DNA from: Gemmatimonadota bacterium
Lineage (GTDB): Bacteria > 4572-55 > J002
Direction of reading: 5' to 3'
Length of the DNA: 64,000 bases
Assembly: GCA_003697105.1 (NCBI GenBank)
Contig: RFFQ01000012.1
Coordinates: 5,434 to 69,433, forward strand
Shown here: positions 27,016 through 36,261 of the stretch, in pieces
How the letters are laid out: every line of letters starts with the position of its first letter
Position numbering within the stretch: position 1 is the stretch's first letter
Position numbers and translations under genes: made by a program
The notes under the pieces: model-generated
The model's input: the letters and a program-made list of their open reading frames with translations, nothing else
What the model was told of the DNA's origin: nothing
Database searches by the model: none

Positions 27016-28935
27016 TTAAAGTTCAAGCTCTTCCCGCAGGAGTTGTTTTTGATGTAAATCGGCATAGATGCCGTCCATAGCAATCAAACTGTCATGAGTC
27101 CCTTGTTCGACAATTTGCCCTTCATCAAGAACAATGATCAAATCGGCATCTTTAATCGTGCTAATCCGGTGAGAAATAATCAGACAGGTGCGCTCTGCCA
27201 TGACACCTCGTAGTTGGGCTAAAATCAATTCTTCGGTATAAGTATCCACACTGCTTAACGCATCATCTAAAATTAAGATCGAGGGACGCCGGATCAAGGC
27301 GCGGGCAATGGTGGCACGTTGTTTCTGCCCTCCGGAAAGGGTGATGCCCCGTTCACCTAAAATGGTCTCAAATTGGTGTGGAAAACGGTCTACATCGGTT
27401 TTGAGTTGGGCAATATCGGATGCCCACAACACATCATCCATTTCCCATTGATCTAACCCGTAGGCAATGTTTGTTCCGAGCGTCGTCGAAAATAAAAACG
27501 GCTCCTGTGAGACAAACCCAATATGTTTGCGCAGGGTTCGCAAGGGAATATTTCGGACATCCACCCCGTCAATCCGCAACTGCCCCTGGCTTACATCATA
27601 CAACCGGGGAATGAGATTCACCAACGAGGTTTTACCGGCGCCGGTATAGCCAACAATCGCCACGGTTTGTCCCTGCCGAATCCGTAAATTGATGTTCTTG
27701 AGAACCGGCTTTCCAGCCACATAACCAAAGGAGACATCTCGAAATTCAATATCGCCACGAATGCGATCTAACGGCTGAAATGCGTCTTTGATGACGGTTG
27801 CCGTGCCTTTTTTGCCATTTTGAGGCACGCGCTTCTCCGCAATCATGCGCGCCGTGAGAACCACCGGACGATAAACGCTTGTTGGATCATGGATTTCTGG
27901 GATTTCCTCAAAGATGCGATTCAGCCGCGCCATACTCGCCGAACCGCGCTGAATTAAGCTTAGGACCCAACCGATTGAAATAACGGGCCACGAAAGCGTC
28001 ACTAAATAGGTGTTAAACGCTACCAGATTGCCCAGCGATATCTCCCCCGCCACAACTAATTTACCGCCGTACCAAATGCCCAATAGCGTACTCATTCCTA
28101 AAAGCATCCCCACCAAGGGGAATACCGCGCCTTCCACTTTCACCAGAAACATGTTTTCATCAATATATTCTCGATTCAGCTTTTCAAACCGCTGAATTTC
28201 GGAATCTTCCCGCACAAACGCTTTGATCACCCGAATCCCAGAGAGGTTTTCTTGAGATAACGTACTAATTTCCGAGAACTTTTCCTGCACTCGAAGATGA
28301 CCTTTGTAAATCCATTGCATGGCGGTGTAAACCACCAAAATAACCAGAGGCACGGTGATTAAAACCAACAGCGTCAATTTCAAGCTAATCAGGATCATCA
28401 CGGAGAGAACAAATATAAAGGTTAAGACGGTGTTGAAGGAGTACATCACGGCGGGTCCAATCAATGCCCGGATGGAATTAAGGTCGTTCGTGGCGCGTGC
28501 CATCAAATCGCCGGTGGAGTACTTCTGGAAAAAAGACATCGACATGCGTTGCAAATGCGCGAAAAAGTCATTGCGCAGATCGTACTCAATCTTACGGGAG
28601 GTCACAATAATCGTCTGGCGCATCCAATAGCGGAAAATTCCAGCAATTATCACGGAGATAATGATGGCAACGGCGTAGCCCATCATCCGCGCATTCACCT
28701 CCAGCTGATTGAGATACTGCACAATTTTCACCACCAAAAAACCAATTCCCGGTAGTTCACCATGCGTATCATGAATCGATTCGGGATTGAGGCTATCAAT
28801 CGCATATTTAATAAAACGTGGCGAAAGCAAGGCAAACGCCTGATTCATTACAATTGCCCCAATTCCCAGCATCAACGGAATTTTATATGCCGGAATGTAT
28901 TTCAGGAGCGTCTTTAACTCTTGAATATTTTTCAT
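27016..28935 (-). CDS. ABC exporter, fused permease/ATPase (MsbA / multidrug type)
   Basis: It has six TM segments plus an NBD with Walker A ('GYTGAGKTS'), the signature 'LSGGQKQR' and Walker B ('ILILDDA'). I set the start at MKNIQELKTLLKYIP (ATG 28935). Confidence 0.9.
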   Translation of the reverse strand: MKNIQELKTLLKYIPAYKIPLMLGIGAIVMNQAFALLSPRFIKYAIDSLNPESIHDTHGELPGIGFLVVKIVQYLNQLEVNARMMGYAVAIIISVIIAGIFRYWMRQTIIVTSRKIEYDLRNDFFAHLQRMSMSFFQKYSTGDLMARATNDLNSIRALIGPAVMYSFNTVLTFIFVLSVMILISLKLTLLVLITVPLVILVVYTAMQWIYKGHLRVQEKFSEISTLSQENLSGIRVIKAFVREDSEIQRFEKLNREYIDENMFLVKVEGAVFPLVGMLLGMSTLLGIWYGGKLVVAGEISLGNLVAFNTYLVTLSWPVISIGWVLSLIQRGSASMARLNRIFEEIPEIHDPTSVYRPVVLTARMIAEKRVPQNGKKGTATVIKDAFQPLDRIRGDIEFRDVSFGYVAGKPVLKNINLRIRQGQTVAIVGYTGAGKTSLVNLIPRLYDVSQGQLRIDGVDVRNIPLRTLRKHIGFVSQEPFLFSTTLGTNIAYGLDQWEMDDVLWASDIAQLKTDVDRFPHQFETILGERGITLSGGQKQRATIARALIRRPSILILDDALSSVDTYTEELILAQLRGVMAERTCLIISHRISTIKDADLIIVLDEGQIVEQGTHDSLIAMDGIYADLHQKQLLREELEL

Positions 28936-29046
28936 AATATCGCCGCAACGTGAAAATGAACGGTTCCCAGACGGCTTGAGCGGTTTCAAAACGGCTCGTC
29001 CGCCGGAACAAAACCGCCGAAACGTATGTGACTGCGCCGTACGTCC

Positions 29047-30357
29047 CTAACTAAAAAAACTACGCATAATATCATTGAATGTGGCAAAGATCATCAACAT
29101 AATCAATGCGACAAAGCCGACCGTTTGCCAAAACACCTTGCTTTGTACACTCAGTGGGCGGCGAATGACACTCTCAATCAGCAAAATCAAAAGGTGACCG
29201 CCATCCAGCGCGGGGATCGGTAGCAGATTCAAAATAGCAAGGTTGATGCTTAGCAACGCCATAAATCGCAATAATTCAAACAGCCCGTACCGGGCAGAAT
29301 CCCCTGCCGCTTGAAAGATCAGAATGGGACCCCCGACATTATCAGCGCCGACTTTCCCGGTGACCAACATACCCAAAAATTTGTAGATCATGGTACTGAC
29401 GCCGACAAATTCTGCCGTTGCGACCTTAAACGCCTCCCCCACCGGTAACTTTTTGGTAATGGTGGGTGGTGAAATGCCGATCAAGCCGATCTGCTTGGTT
29501 TCCGTACCGTCTTCATTCGCGGGTGCCAACTGGGAAATCGGGGTGATGGTAGCGGACATCATTTGATCGCCCCGAACCCACGTAATTTCCAACGGAACTT
29601 TAGGGCTACCATGAATAATCTCAACCATTTCACGCCAACTTTCAACCGGCTCATCTTCAATTTGGATGATGCGATCCCCCGGTCGCATTCCCGCTTTTTG
29701 GGCTGGTTTACCAGTAATGATCCGCCCAACCACTGCCGGAGTTCGCGGCTCAAATCCCAGCGAATAGCGGTTTGTACTATCATTTTTTTCCGGTTGGTAC
29801 ACAATCGAGACGACCTGATCCCCCCGTTCGACCTTGAACGTCATGGGTTGGTCTAACTTGGTGGAAACGATTTTGGTCAGGTCGTGCCAATCTGCCACCG
29901 GTTGGCCATCAATCGCCACCACCCGGTCTCCAGAAACCAGCCCCGCCTGTTCCGCCACCGATTGCGGCGTCACGTCAATCACGGATTCCGACGTGCTAAA
30001 TCCGACATAAGCAAAAATGAAAAAGTAAAGAGCAAACCCCAAAGCAAAATTCATCGCCACGCCGGCAAAAAAGACAATAAACCGCTGCCACGCCGGTTTA
30101 GAGGCAAGCTCATCTTCCGCACCCGTCGCTTCTTCTGGGTTCTCACCCTTCATTTTAACATAACCCCCAAAGGGAATCCATGATAAAATATATTCGGTTT
30201 CGGCGCGCCGGAAAAGGGTTATCGCTTTGGGAGGAAAACCAATGGAAAACTCTTCAACAGCAACCTTGAACGCCTTTGCCGCCATAAAATGACCAAGTTC
30301 GTGGATAAACACAAGCACACCGAACACAAAGAGTCCGGCAAAAAGGGTAATCAACAT
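29047..30357 (-). CDS. rseP: RIP metalloprotease RseP (site-2 protease, M50)
   Basis: It has 'VFIHELGHFMAAK' (HExxH), two PDZ-like regions ('AEQAGLVSGDRVVAIDG', 'AQKAGMRPGDRIIQIED') and 'NLLPIPALDGGHL'. The start is ATG 30357 or 30363; the track's upstream extension is unlikely. Confidence 0.9.
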   Translation of the reverse strand: MLITLFAGLFVFGVLVFIHELGHFMAAKAFKVAVEEFSIGFPPKAITLFRRAETEYILSWIPFGGYVKMKGENPEEATGAEDELASKPAWQRFIVFFAGVAMNFALGFALYFFIFAYVGFSTSESVIDVTPQSVAEQAGLVSGDRVVAIDGQPVADWHDLTKIVSTKLDQPMTFKVERGDQVVSIVYQPEKNDSTNRYSLGFEPRTPAVVGRIITGKPAQKAGMRPGDRIIQIEDEPVESWREMVEIIHGSPKVPLEITWVRGDQMMSATITPISQLAPANEDGTETKQIGLIGISPPTITKKLPVGEAFKVATAEFVGVSTMIYKFLGMLVTGKVGADNVGGPILIFQAAGDSARYGLFELLRFMALLSINLAILNLLPIPALDGGHLLILLIESVIRRPLSVQSKVFWQTVGFVALIMLMIFATFNDIMRSFFS

Positions 30358-30579
30358 AGACATCTCTCCAAAAACTAATAAAGAATTCATCCAGAAAAGC
30401 CCTGAAGGCACTAAAACATCAAGGCAAAATAACATGATCGCCAAACAGTGTCAAGGATTGATGGGCACACTACCACCCCACCGCCCCAAACTTAAATCTT
30501 GATTTTTGATAGGCTTAGCCATTATTATGAAGAAGGTCAGTCCTTATCCATGTTCATCCCTAGTGTAAGGAGAATCCAC

Positions 30580-31395
30580 ATGCGTAACTTTCTCTTAAAA
30601 CGTCAAATTCTGTTCTTTTTAAGTCTGATGTTAGTCCTCGTCGCGTGCGCAACCGTACCCATCACCGGGCGGCACCAATTAACCCTGATACCCGCGGCGC
30701 AAATCAATGCCATGAGCTTTCAGAACTACCAACAGGTATTGGCAGAAAGCCATGTAATCACCGATACGCCGGAAGCGCAAATGGTTAAAAGTGTCGGGCA
30801 ACGGATTCAAGGCGCCGTAGAACGTTACTTTGCCGAACATGGCATGTCCGATCAACTGAGTGGCTACGCATGGGAATTTAACCTTATTGAGGACGATCAG
30901 GTCAATGCCTGGTGTATGCCGGGGGGTAAAGTGGCAGTTTATACCGGAATTTTACCGATTACCCAAACCGAAGAAGGTTTGGCAGTCGTAATGGGGCACG
31001 AAATCGCCCATGCCATTGCCAATCATGGCAACGAACGGATGAGTCAGGGGCTATTACAGCAGTTTGGGGGACTCGCCCTTGCCGAATATCTAAAAGATAA
31101 ACCAGAAACCACCCAAGCCCTGTTTTTGGGAGCGTATGGGATCGGTACCACCGTCGGGTTAATGCTCCCTTTTAGCCGCAAGCAAGAAGCCGAAGCCGAT
31201 CACCTTGGCTTGATTTTTATGGCAATGGCAGGTTATAACCCGGAAGTCGCCGTTGACTTTTGGGCACGAATGGCAGATACAAAAGGCGGAGCCGCACCAC
31301 CAGAGTTCCTAAGCACTCACCCTTCGGACCAAACCCGCATCAACCATTTACGCCAATTGATCCCTGAAGCAATGGAATATTACCAACCCCGTTGA
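30580..31395 (+). CDS. M48-family zinc metallopeptidase, lipoprotein
   Basis: AAGGAG precedes ATG 30580. There is a signal/lipobox ('MLVLVA|C'), 'VMGHEIAHAIANH' (HExxH), 'EAEADHLG' and 'LSTHPS'. Confidence 0.88.
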   Translation: MRNFLLKRQILFFLSLMLVLVACATVPITGRHQLTLIPAAQINAMSFQNYQQVLAESHVITDTPEAQMVKSVGQRIQGAVERYFAEHGMSDQLSGYAWEFNLIEDDQVNAWCMPGGKVAVYTGILPITQTEEGLAVVMGHEIAHAIANHGNERMSQGLLQQFGGLALAEYLKDKPETTQALFLGAYGIGTTVGLMLPFSRKQEAEADHLGLIFMAMAGYNPEVAVDFWARMADTKGGAAPPEFLSTHPSDQTRINHLRQLIPEAMEYYQPR

Positions 31396-31429
31396 TTACC
31401 AAACTTCCCCATACATTACAACATACCAA

Positions 31430-31460
31430 CCGCTACTTACGTCTTGAGTAGCGGTTTTTT
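31430..31460 (+). terminator. Intrinsic terminator after the M48 peptidase gene
   Basis: CCGCTACT-(9 nt)-AGTAGCGG followed by TTTTTT. Confidence 0.8.
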
Positions 31461-31553
31461 AATTGACAAACTCCGCGCTATATGTTATATAAGCCAAACT
31501 TTATTATTAGTAATATAACTATAATCTTACTATTAAAACATAAGGAGGTCCCC

Positions 31554-31901
31554 ATGACAAAATCCCCCCCAGCCAAGTGCAATGTCGTCACAATTAATTA
31601 CATCCATTGTCAAGCACATTATCGCCAGAGATTTGAGGAATTATTTGCCACCCGGGCTCATGCCATTGACCGGGTCCCGGGCTTCATCGAGATGCACGTC
31701 TTACGACCCAAAGATATGGAAAGTGATTATCTGATCGTCAGTTTTTGGGAAAACGAGGCGGCATTTCAATCCTGGACAACATCTCCCGAATTTATCGAGG
31801 GACACAAACGCGGTTTTGAGGATATACGGCAAGCAAAAGAGCGGGGTGAAGAACCTCCTATGACATCGGATTTTAAAATATACGAGGTCATCGCCCGGTG
31901 A
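31554..31901 (+). CDS. ABM-fold monooxygenase, IsdG/HmoA-like (putative haem-degrading)
   Basis: AAGGAGG precedes ATG 31554. It shows 'VVTINYI' (Asn) and 'FWENEAAFQSWTTSPEFIEGH' (Trp/His), the arrangement seen in IsdG-type enzymes. A TTGACA-N17-TATATA promoter-like element lies at 31463..31491. Confidence 0.65.
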   Translation: MTKSPPAKCNVVTINYIHCQAHYRQRFEELFATRAHAIDRVPGFIEMHVLRPKDMESDYLIVSFWENEAAFQSWTTSPEFIEGHKRGFEDIRQAKERGEEPPMTSDFKIYEVIAR

Positions 31902-32032
31902 ACTGGAAAAAGATCACATCCAAAAGAATAATCAAGCGCATTGCGGCCACCGGATTCTGGTTTTTCTTCCTGAAAGGCATTCTCTGGCTGTGTTTACCGG
32001 CATTAATGGCTCTGACCGCCTGGCTCCGGTAA
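31898..32032 (+). CDS. 44-aa membrane micro-protein translationally coupled to the ABM gene
   Basis: It is not in the track because it is under 60 aa. The GTG at 31898 overlaps the ABM stop (GTGA). My translation is VNWKKITSKRIIKRIAATGFWFFFLKGILWLCLPALMALTAWLR, a basic N-terminus followed by a hydrophobic helix. Confidence 0.4.
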   Translation: MNWKKITSKRIIKRIAATGFWFFFLKGILWLCLPALMALTAWLR

Positions 32033-32063
32033 GTGCCGCTATGCCCAGTGTCGCATTTTCTTG

Positions 32064-32092
32064 TTGATAGCTGACTCCATTCATGCTAATAT
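32064..32092 (+). promoter_or_regulatory. Sigma70-like promoter candidate for the 954-aa surface protein gene
   Basis: TTGATA (32064..32069), a 17-nt spacer and TAATAT (32087..32092). Confidence 0.4.
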
Positions 32093-32143
32093 ACGTTTCA
32101 ATTTGAGGTCGATCTCTCTATCATTACACTATAGGATTAGAAA

Positions 32144-35008
32144 ATGCGAGCTTTATTCATCGTGTTACTCGGGCTAAGTTTGGTATCCTCTGGTCAAGCG
32201 GAGGATTTGAAATCTATCTACCAATCGTTGAACCGTCACGACCCTCAAGCACCGGTCAGTGTACGGGATGATTACCTTCGTGCCAGCGGGCAAGCGGTCG
32301 GGATTCAGGATCGGGGGCGGGTGCAGAATGTCTTCAGCAACTTCGGTATTCTTTCCAACTTGCATTTGTTCACACCGGCAGTACACTTCCCCAATACGGA
32401 TGTGTTCGTCCAACAATATTCGGCGGGCGTCAACTTCTTGGTGGGCGTAAAGGGAGATGTCATTAGTTCGGTCTTTAATCCACAGGATTTTGTGCGCAAT
32501 TACGAGTGGCAACCTGCCAGCCGGAATCTCTTTTCCGGGGATCGCACGGCTTCCGACGGCACACCCCTCTTGGCATCCAGTGACGATGAACTCACCTGGC
32601 CCCGCGATGCCTCGGATCAGCCATTTTGGCCCGGTCGTTACCGTTTAGATGAAGAAGGCACTCCGGTAGCAGGTGAATTCGTCTCCGAACGAGATATTTA
32701 CGCGGTCTTCACCGATCAGGGCAATGAACGCGGCAGTTACGGATTAGAAGTGGAATTAACGGCGTACTCCTTCAATCGCCCCATTTTAGAGGATGCCCTC
32801 ATCTTTGATTTTTATATCCACAACCGCAGTGATACTGACCTAGATAGTGTCGTCATCGGCTATTTGGTTGATCTCAAACCGGACTATGATTTTAAAGATA
32901 TTTTGTTCGATTACCGTCACCTCCCCAATCACCTGATTTACGAACAAGATTTTAATCAGACCCCAGATGGAAATTGGGAGGAGGTCGCCTTAGTCGGGTT
33001 TGGAACATTGCCCACCCCGCAGACCGTCTCGACCCGGATTCAGAATTTTCATTATTTTGATGATGTGAGCGAACCGGCAGATGATGGTCTGCTCTGGCGA
33101 TTGATGACCAGTGACCGGGCATCCCTTCCGGATAGTATCGCCGCCAAATACTTCCACGGTGAGGATGTGAAGTACGATGATACCTCGCTTTCGCCTCTGC
33201 TTGACCCAAGCGGCAATGGAGAAGGCACCGATGTGACCTTCATCGTTTCGAGTGGTCTGCTCTCCATTGCGGCGGGGGATTCGGTGCGCTCCACAGTGGT
33301 GATTCTACTGGCAGAAACCGCCAACCAGATGATCGACCATTTCGAGTTTTTACGGGAACGTGCCCGGGACGACTTCCGGAGTTCTACCGCGCCACCGGTG
33401 CCGGCACTTTATGGTGTCGCCGGAGATGGGCGGGTCACTCTAACGTGGGACCGTGTGGCGGAATCCGCCATTGATCCCCTAACGGAACAAGCGGATTTTG
33501 AAGGCTACCGGCTCTATCGCTCCACCGACCAAGGCACAACGTGGGGAGAACCCGTGACCAATTCCCGCGGGCGGGTTATTGACTATGTACCCTTAGCCCA
33601 ATTTGACCTCGATAACGAGGTGTTTGGCACCGATCCGGTGTCTGGGTTGTATTTGGGCAACAATTCCGGATTGACCCATGTGTTCATCGACTCCACGGTG
33701 GTCAACGGCATTGAATATTGGTACACCCTCACCGCCTACGATAACGGTTTGGAGAACGTGCCGGAAGGGAGTCTTAGCAGTCCACGGGGTGTTTTTCCGC
33801 AAAATGAAAAGCAAATTATCGCCGTCACACCGGGGGGATTAGCATCGGATATCCGGTTTGTACCGGTCAATAATAGTCAACCCCTCGAACCACTTGGCGG
33901 AATCTGTGATGGAACGGTAATCATTGAGGTGGTCGATCCGGCGGCACTGCTAGACCAGCAGTACACCCTCACGTTTGACATTATCGATGACACCACAACG
34001 GTATTTAATCTGATTGCCATGCCCAACGATACCCTCCTCAAGCACTATCCCGTGCTGGAATCCCCAACGGATTTTGTGCCCATCATCAATGGGTTTCGCC
34101 CGATTGTAATCGATACCGAATTTGGGGTGATTTCCGCCGAATGGACCTACGTACACCATGAGCAAACCACCTTTGATTGGTGGTTTGAACAGCGCACCAA
34201 CTCCAATGAGGAACTGGGTCCGGTGATGTACGGTTACCATAACTATCGCATCACGGTGGGCGACGAAACCACCGGTGAAATGCTCCCTGCCGCTTCCGGC
34301 ATTGACGGATTGCTTTGTGAAGCGCATGTGTACGAAACCGTTTGGATTCCCCTCCGGGTGGAAGCCTTTTTAACAGAAGAGGAGATGACCGATGTAACAT
34401 CCTATTGCGGGCTGTTGGATTTGCGCTATTATTTCCCCCAATCGTCGGTACTGAGTCCCCAAGGTTGGGATTTGATCCCCGGTGGAAAAGCGTACAACCC
34501 CACCGCTTTAGCGGATCAATGGGCAGACCGGATCGTCCTGAAAAATGGACCCACCTGCGAAGATGATGAATTTTGGATGGGGACACAGCACCCGCCAGAA
34601 GAATTGGGAGGCATCCCGCCATCCCCGGGCGACCAGTTCACGATTATCACTGCAAAGCCCTTCCGGGAGACGGTGTATTACCAATTTGAAACCCAAAAAG
34701 CCCGCCCAACAGAATCCGGCGGCGAACCATTGAGTGCCATCAAAGTGGTACCAAACCCGTACATCGTCTCGTCAGATTTGGCAAATAACGGCATCATGTT
34801 TACCCATCTGCCATCAAAATGTACAATTCATATCTTTACGGTCGCCGGTGATAAAGTCACCCAAATCGATCATCAAAGCCAATCAGATACCGCCTATTGG
34901 GATTTGCGGAATTCCAGCGGGCGAGAGGTGGCATACGGCTTGTATGTGTACGTGGTGGAAACACCGCAACATGGCACCTATACGGGTAAATTTTACATTA
35001 TTCGCTAG
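32144..35008 (+). CDS. Large secreted protein with an FN3-like module and a C-terminal T9SS/FlgD-Ig-like beta-sandwich tail
   Basis: 954 aa with a signal peptide ('LGLSLVSSGQA'). The FN3-like module reads 'PPVPALYGVAGDGRVTLTWDRV...FEGYRLYRSTDQGTTWG...IEYWYTLTAYD'. The tail reads 'KVVPNPYIV...CTIHIFTVAGDKV...AYWDLRNSSGREVAYGLYVYVVE'. Confidence 0.8.
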   Translation: MRALFIVLLGLSLVSSGQAEDLKSIYQSLNRHDPQAPVSVRDDYLRASGQAVGIQDRGRVQNVFSNFGILSNLHLFTPAVHFPNTDVFVQQYSAGVNFLVGVKGDVISSVFNPQDFVRNYEWQPASRNLFSGDRTASDGTPLLASSDDELTWPRDASDQPFWPGRYRLDEEGTPVAGEFVSERDIYAVFTDQGNERGSYGLEVELTAYSFNRPILEDALIFDFYIHNRSDTDLDSVVIGYLVDLKPDYDFKDILFDYRHLPNHLIYEQDFNQTPDGNWEEVALVGFGTLPTPQTVSTRIQNFHYFDDVSEPADDGLLWRLMTSDRASLPDSIAAKYFHGEDVKYDDTSLSPLLDPSGNGEGTDVTFIVSSGLLSIAAGDSVRSTVVILLAETANQMIDHFEFLRERARDDFRSSTAPPVPALYGVAGDGRVTLTWDRVAESAIDPLTEQADFEGYRLYRSTDQGTTWGEPVTNSRGRVIDYVPLAQFDLDNEVFGTDPVSGLYLGNNSGLTHVFIDSTVVNGIEYWYTLTAYDNGLENVPEGSLSSPRGVFPQNEKQIIAVTPGGLASDIRFVPVNNSQPLEPLGGICDGTVIIEVVDPAALLDQQYTLTFDIIDDTTTVFNLIAMPNDTLLKHYPVLESPTDFVPIINGFRPIVIDTEFGVISAEWTYVHHEQTTFDWWFEQRTNSNEELGPVMYGYHNYRITVGDETTGEMLPAASGIDGLLCEAHVYETVWIPLRVEAFLTEEEMTDVTSYCGLLDLRYYFPQSSVLSPQGWDLIPGGKAYNPTALADQWADRIVLKNGPTCEDDEFWMGTQHPPEELGGIPPSPGDQFTIITAKPFRETVYYQFETQKARPTESGGEPLSAIKVVPNPYIVSSDLANNGIMFTHLPSKCTIHIFTVAGDKVTQIDHQSQSDTAYWDLRNSSGREVAYGLYVYVVETPQHGTYTGKFYIIR

Positions 35009-35045
35009 CGTCATGGGGATTTAATCGACAATTACATCGATTTTT

Positions 35046-35082
35046 GTTTCATTCTGAAACCAAAAAGATTTCAAAATGAAAC
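35046..35082 (+). terminator. AT-rich 14-bp imperfect hairpin downstream of the 954-aa gene (terminator or protein-binding palindrome)
   Basis: GTTTCATTCTGAAA-(9 nt)-TTTCAAAATGAAAC pairs at 13 of 14 positions. There is no clear U-tract. Confidence 0.3.
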
Positions 35083-35142
35083 TTCACCTGGGCCGCACAT
35101 TTATTCATATTCACCATTTATTTGCAGGAGGGAAATACTGTT

Positions 35143-36168
35143 ATGCGTTATTTTGCGATTCTTTTCGGTGTCATTACCGCGCTTGTCATCATGCCAGTGG
35201 CGCAGGCACAAGAGGTACTCTATGAGGATCACTTCGGCGAACCCGGGGGCGATTGTGAAACCCAAATTGAGTGGGGGTCAGTCATTGGGGGAAATACCGT
35301 ACAACCCTTTTTCTTTGCCGATCAAACCCCAGATGGGGAATTCTGCGCCGGAGAATTAACAACGGTCGATGCCAACGGTGGTATTGTCATTAGTGGAGGT
35401 GGTGAACCAACGTTGGAGGACTATCGGGTGGAAGCATGGGTTTACACCATTGTGGATGCCGGTACCACCGCCCCCAATAACGGGATTGTCGCCCGCGCGC
35501 GTTATGATGACGTTACGGAAAACCTGTACGGATACATTTTATGCTCGGATTTTGATCAAAATACGGATAATAATGCCCCCCGCATCCGGTTGCTTCTCTA
35601 TAATGGGGTGGTCTTCCCCAGCACCATTGCCCAATGGAGTGGCGATGATATTCCCGGCGGCGCCCCCACCGAATCTGGCTGGCACAAATTCACATTGCAA
35701 GTAGAAGGGGATCAACTTTGGGCGTGGTATGACGATGAATTGCTTGCCGGTTGCCCTTATACCGATAGCTCGCTTTCGCAAGGGTTGTTTGGCGTTTACG
35801 CATTTGATTTCATGCAGATGAATGCCACCTATGTGGACGATTACATTGTGACCGAACCGTTCCAAACGGGGGTAACGGTGGAAGCGGCTAGCATCCAAAC
35901 CCCGGCAAATAGCGTGCTGTACCAAAATTACCCGAACCCATTTAATCCCCGCACCACCATCCGCTACCAAATCCACCAAGCAATGCCCGTGCAATTGACC
36001 GTTTACAATACGCAGGGTCACGTGGTGCAAGCATTAGTGGATCAAATGCAGTCTGCCGGAACCTATACGGTCGAGTGGAACGCGGAAAACCTGACCAGCG
36101 GTACCTATATTTACCAGCTAAAAACGCCGGCACAGGTGGAACAGCGGGAAATGATCCTGCTCAAATAA
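35143..36168 (+). CDS. Secreted protein with a lectin/LamG-like (DUF1080-like) N-domain and a T9SS type-A C-terminal sorting domain
   Basis: The start is ATG 35143 (MRYFAILFGVITALVIMPVAQA). The C-terminal tail 'YQNYPNPFNPRTTIRYQI...LTVYNTQGHVV...SGTYIYQLK' is a canonical Por secretion tail. Confidence 0.85.
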   Translation: MRYFAILFGVITALVIMPVAQAQEVLYEDHFGEPGGDCETQIEWGSVIGGNTVQPFFFADQTPDGEFCAGELTTVDANGGIVISGGGEPTLEDYRVEAWVYTIVDAGTTAPNNGIVARARYDDVTENLYGYILCSDFDQNTDNNAPRIRLLLYNGVVFPSTIAQWSGDDIPGGAPTESGWHKFTLQVEGDQLWAWYDDELLAGCPYTDSSLSQGLFGVYAFDFMQMNATYVDDYIVTEPFQTGVTVEAASIQTPANSVLYQNYPNPFNPRTTIRYQIHQAMPVQLTVYNTQGHVVQALVDQMQSAGTYTVEWNAENLTSGTYIYQLKTPAQVEQREMILLK

Positions 36169-36194
36169 CCTCCAAACTTTGCCGTTGAAATTGA

Positions 36195-36244
36195 AATGGG
36201 TAGTGGTTATAATGGCATCAATCACTACCCATTCTTTTTATTTT
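36195..36244 (+). terminator. Intrinsic terminator between the T9SS cargo gene and the TonB receptor gene
   Basis: An 11-bp stem AATGGGTAGTG/CACTACCCATT is followed by CTTTTTATTTT. Confidence 0.7.
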
Positions 36245-36261
36245 AGTCGGGTTATATCAAA

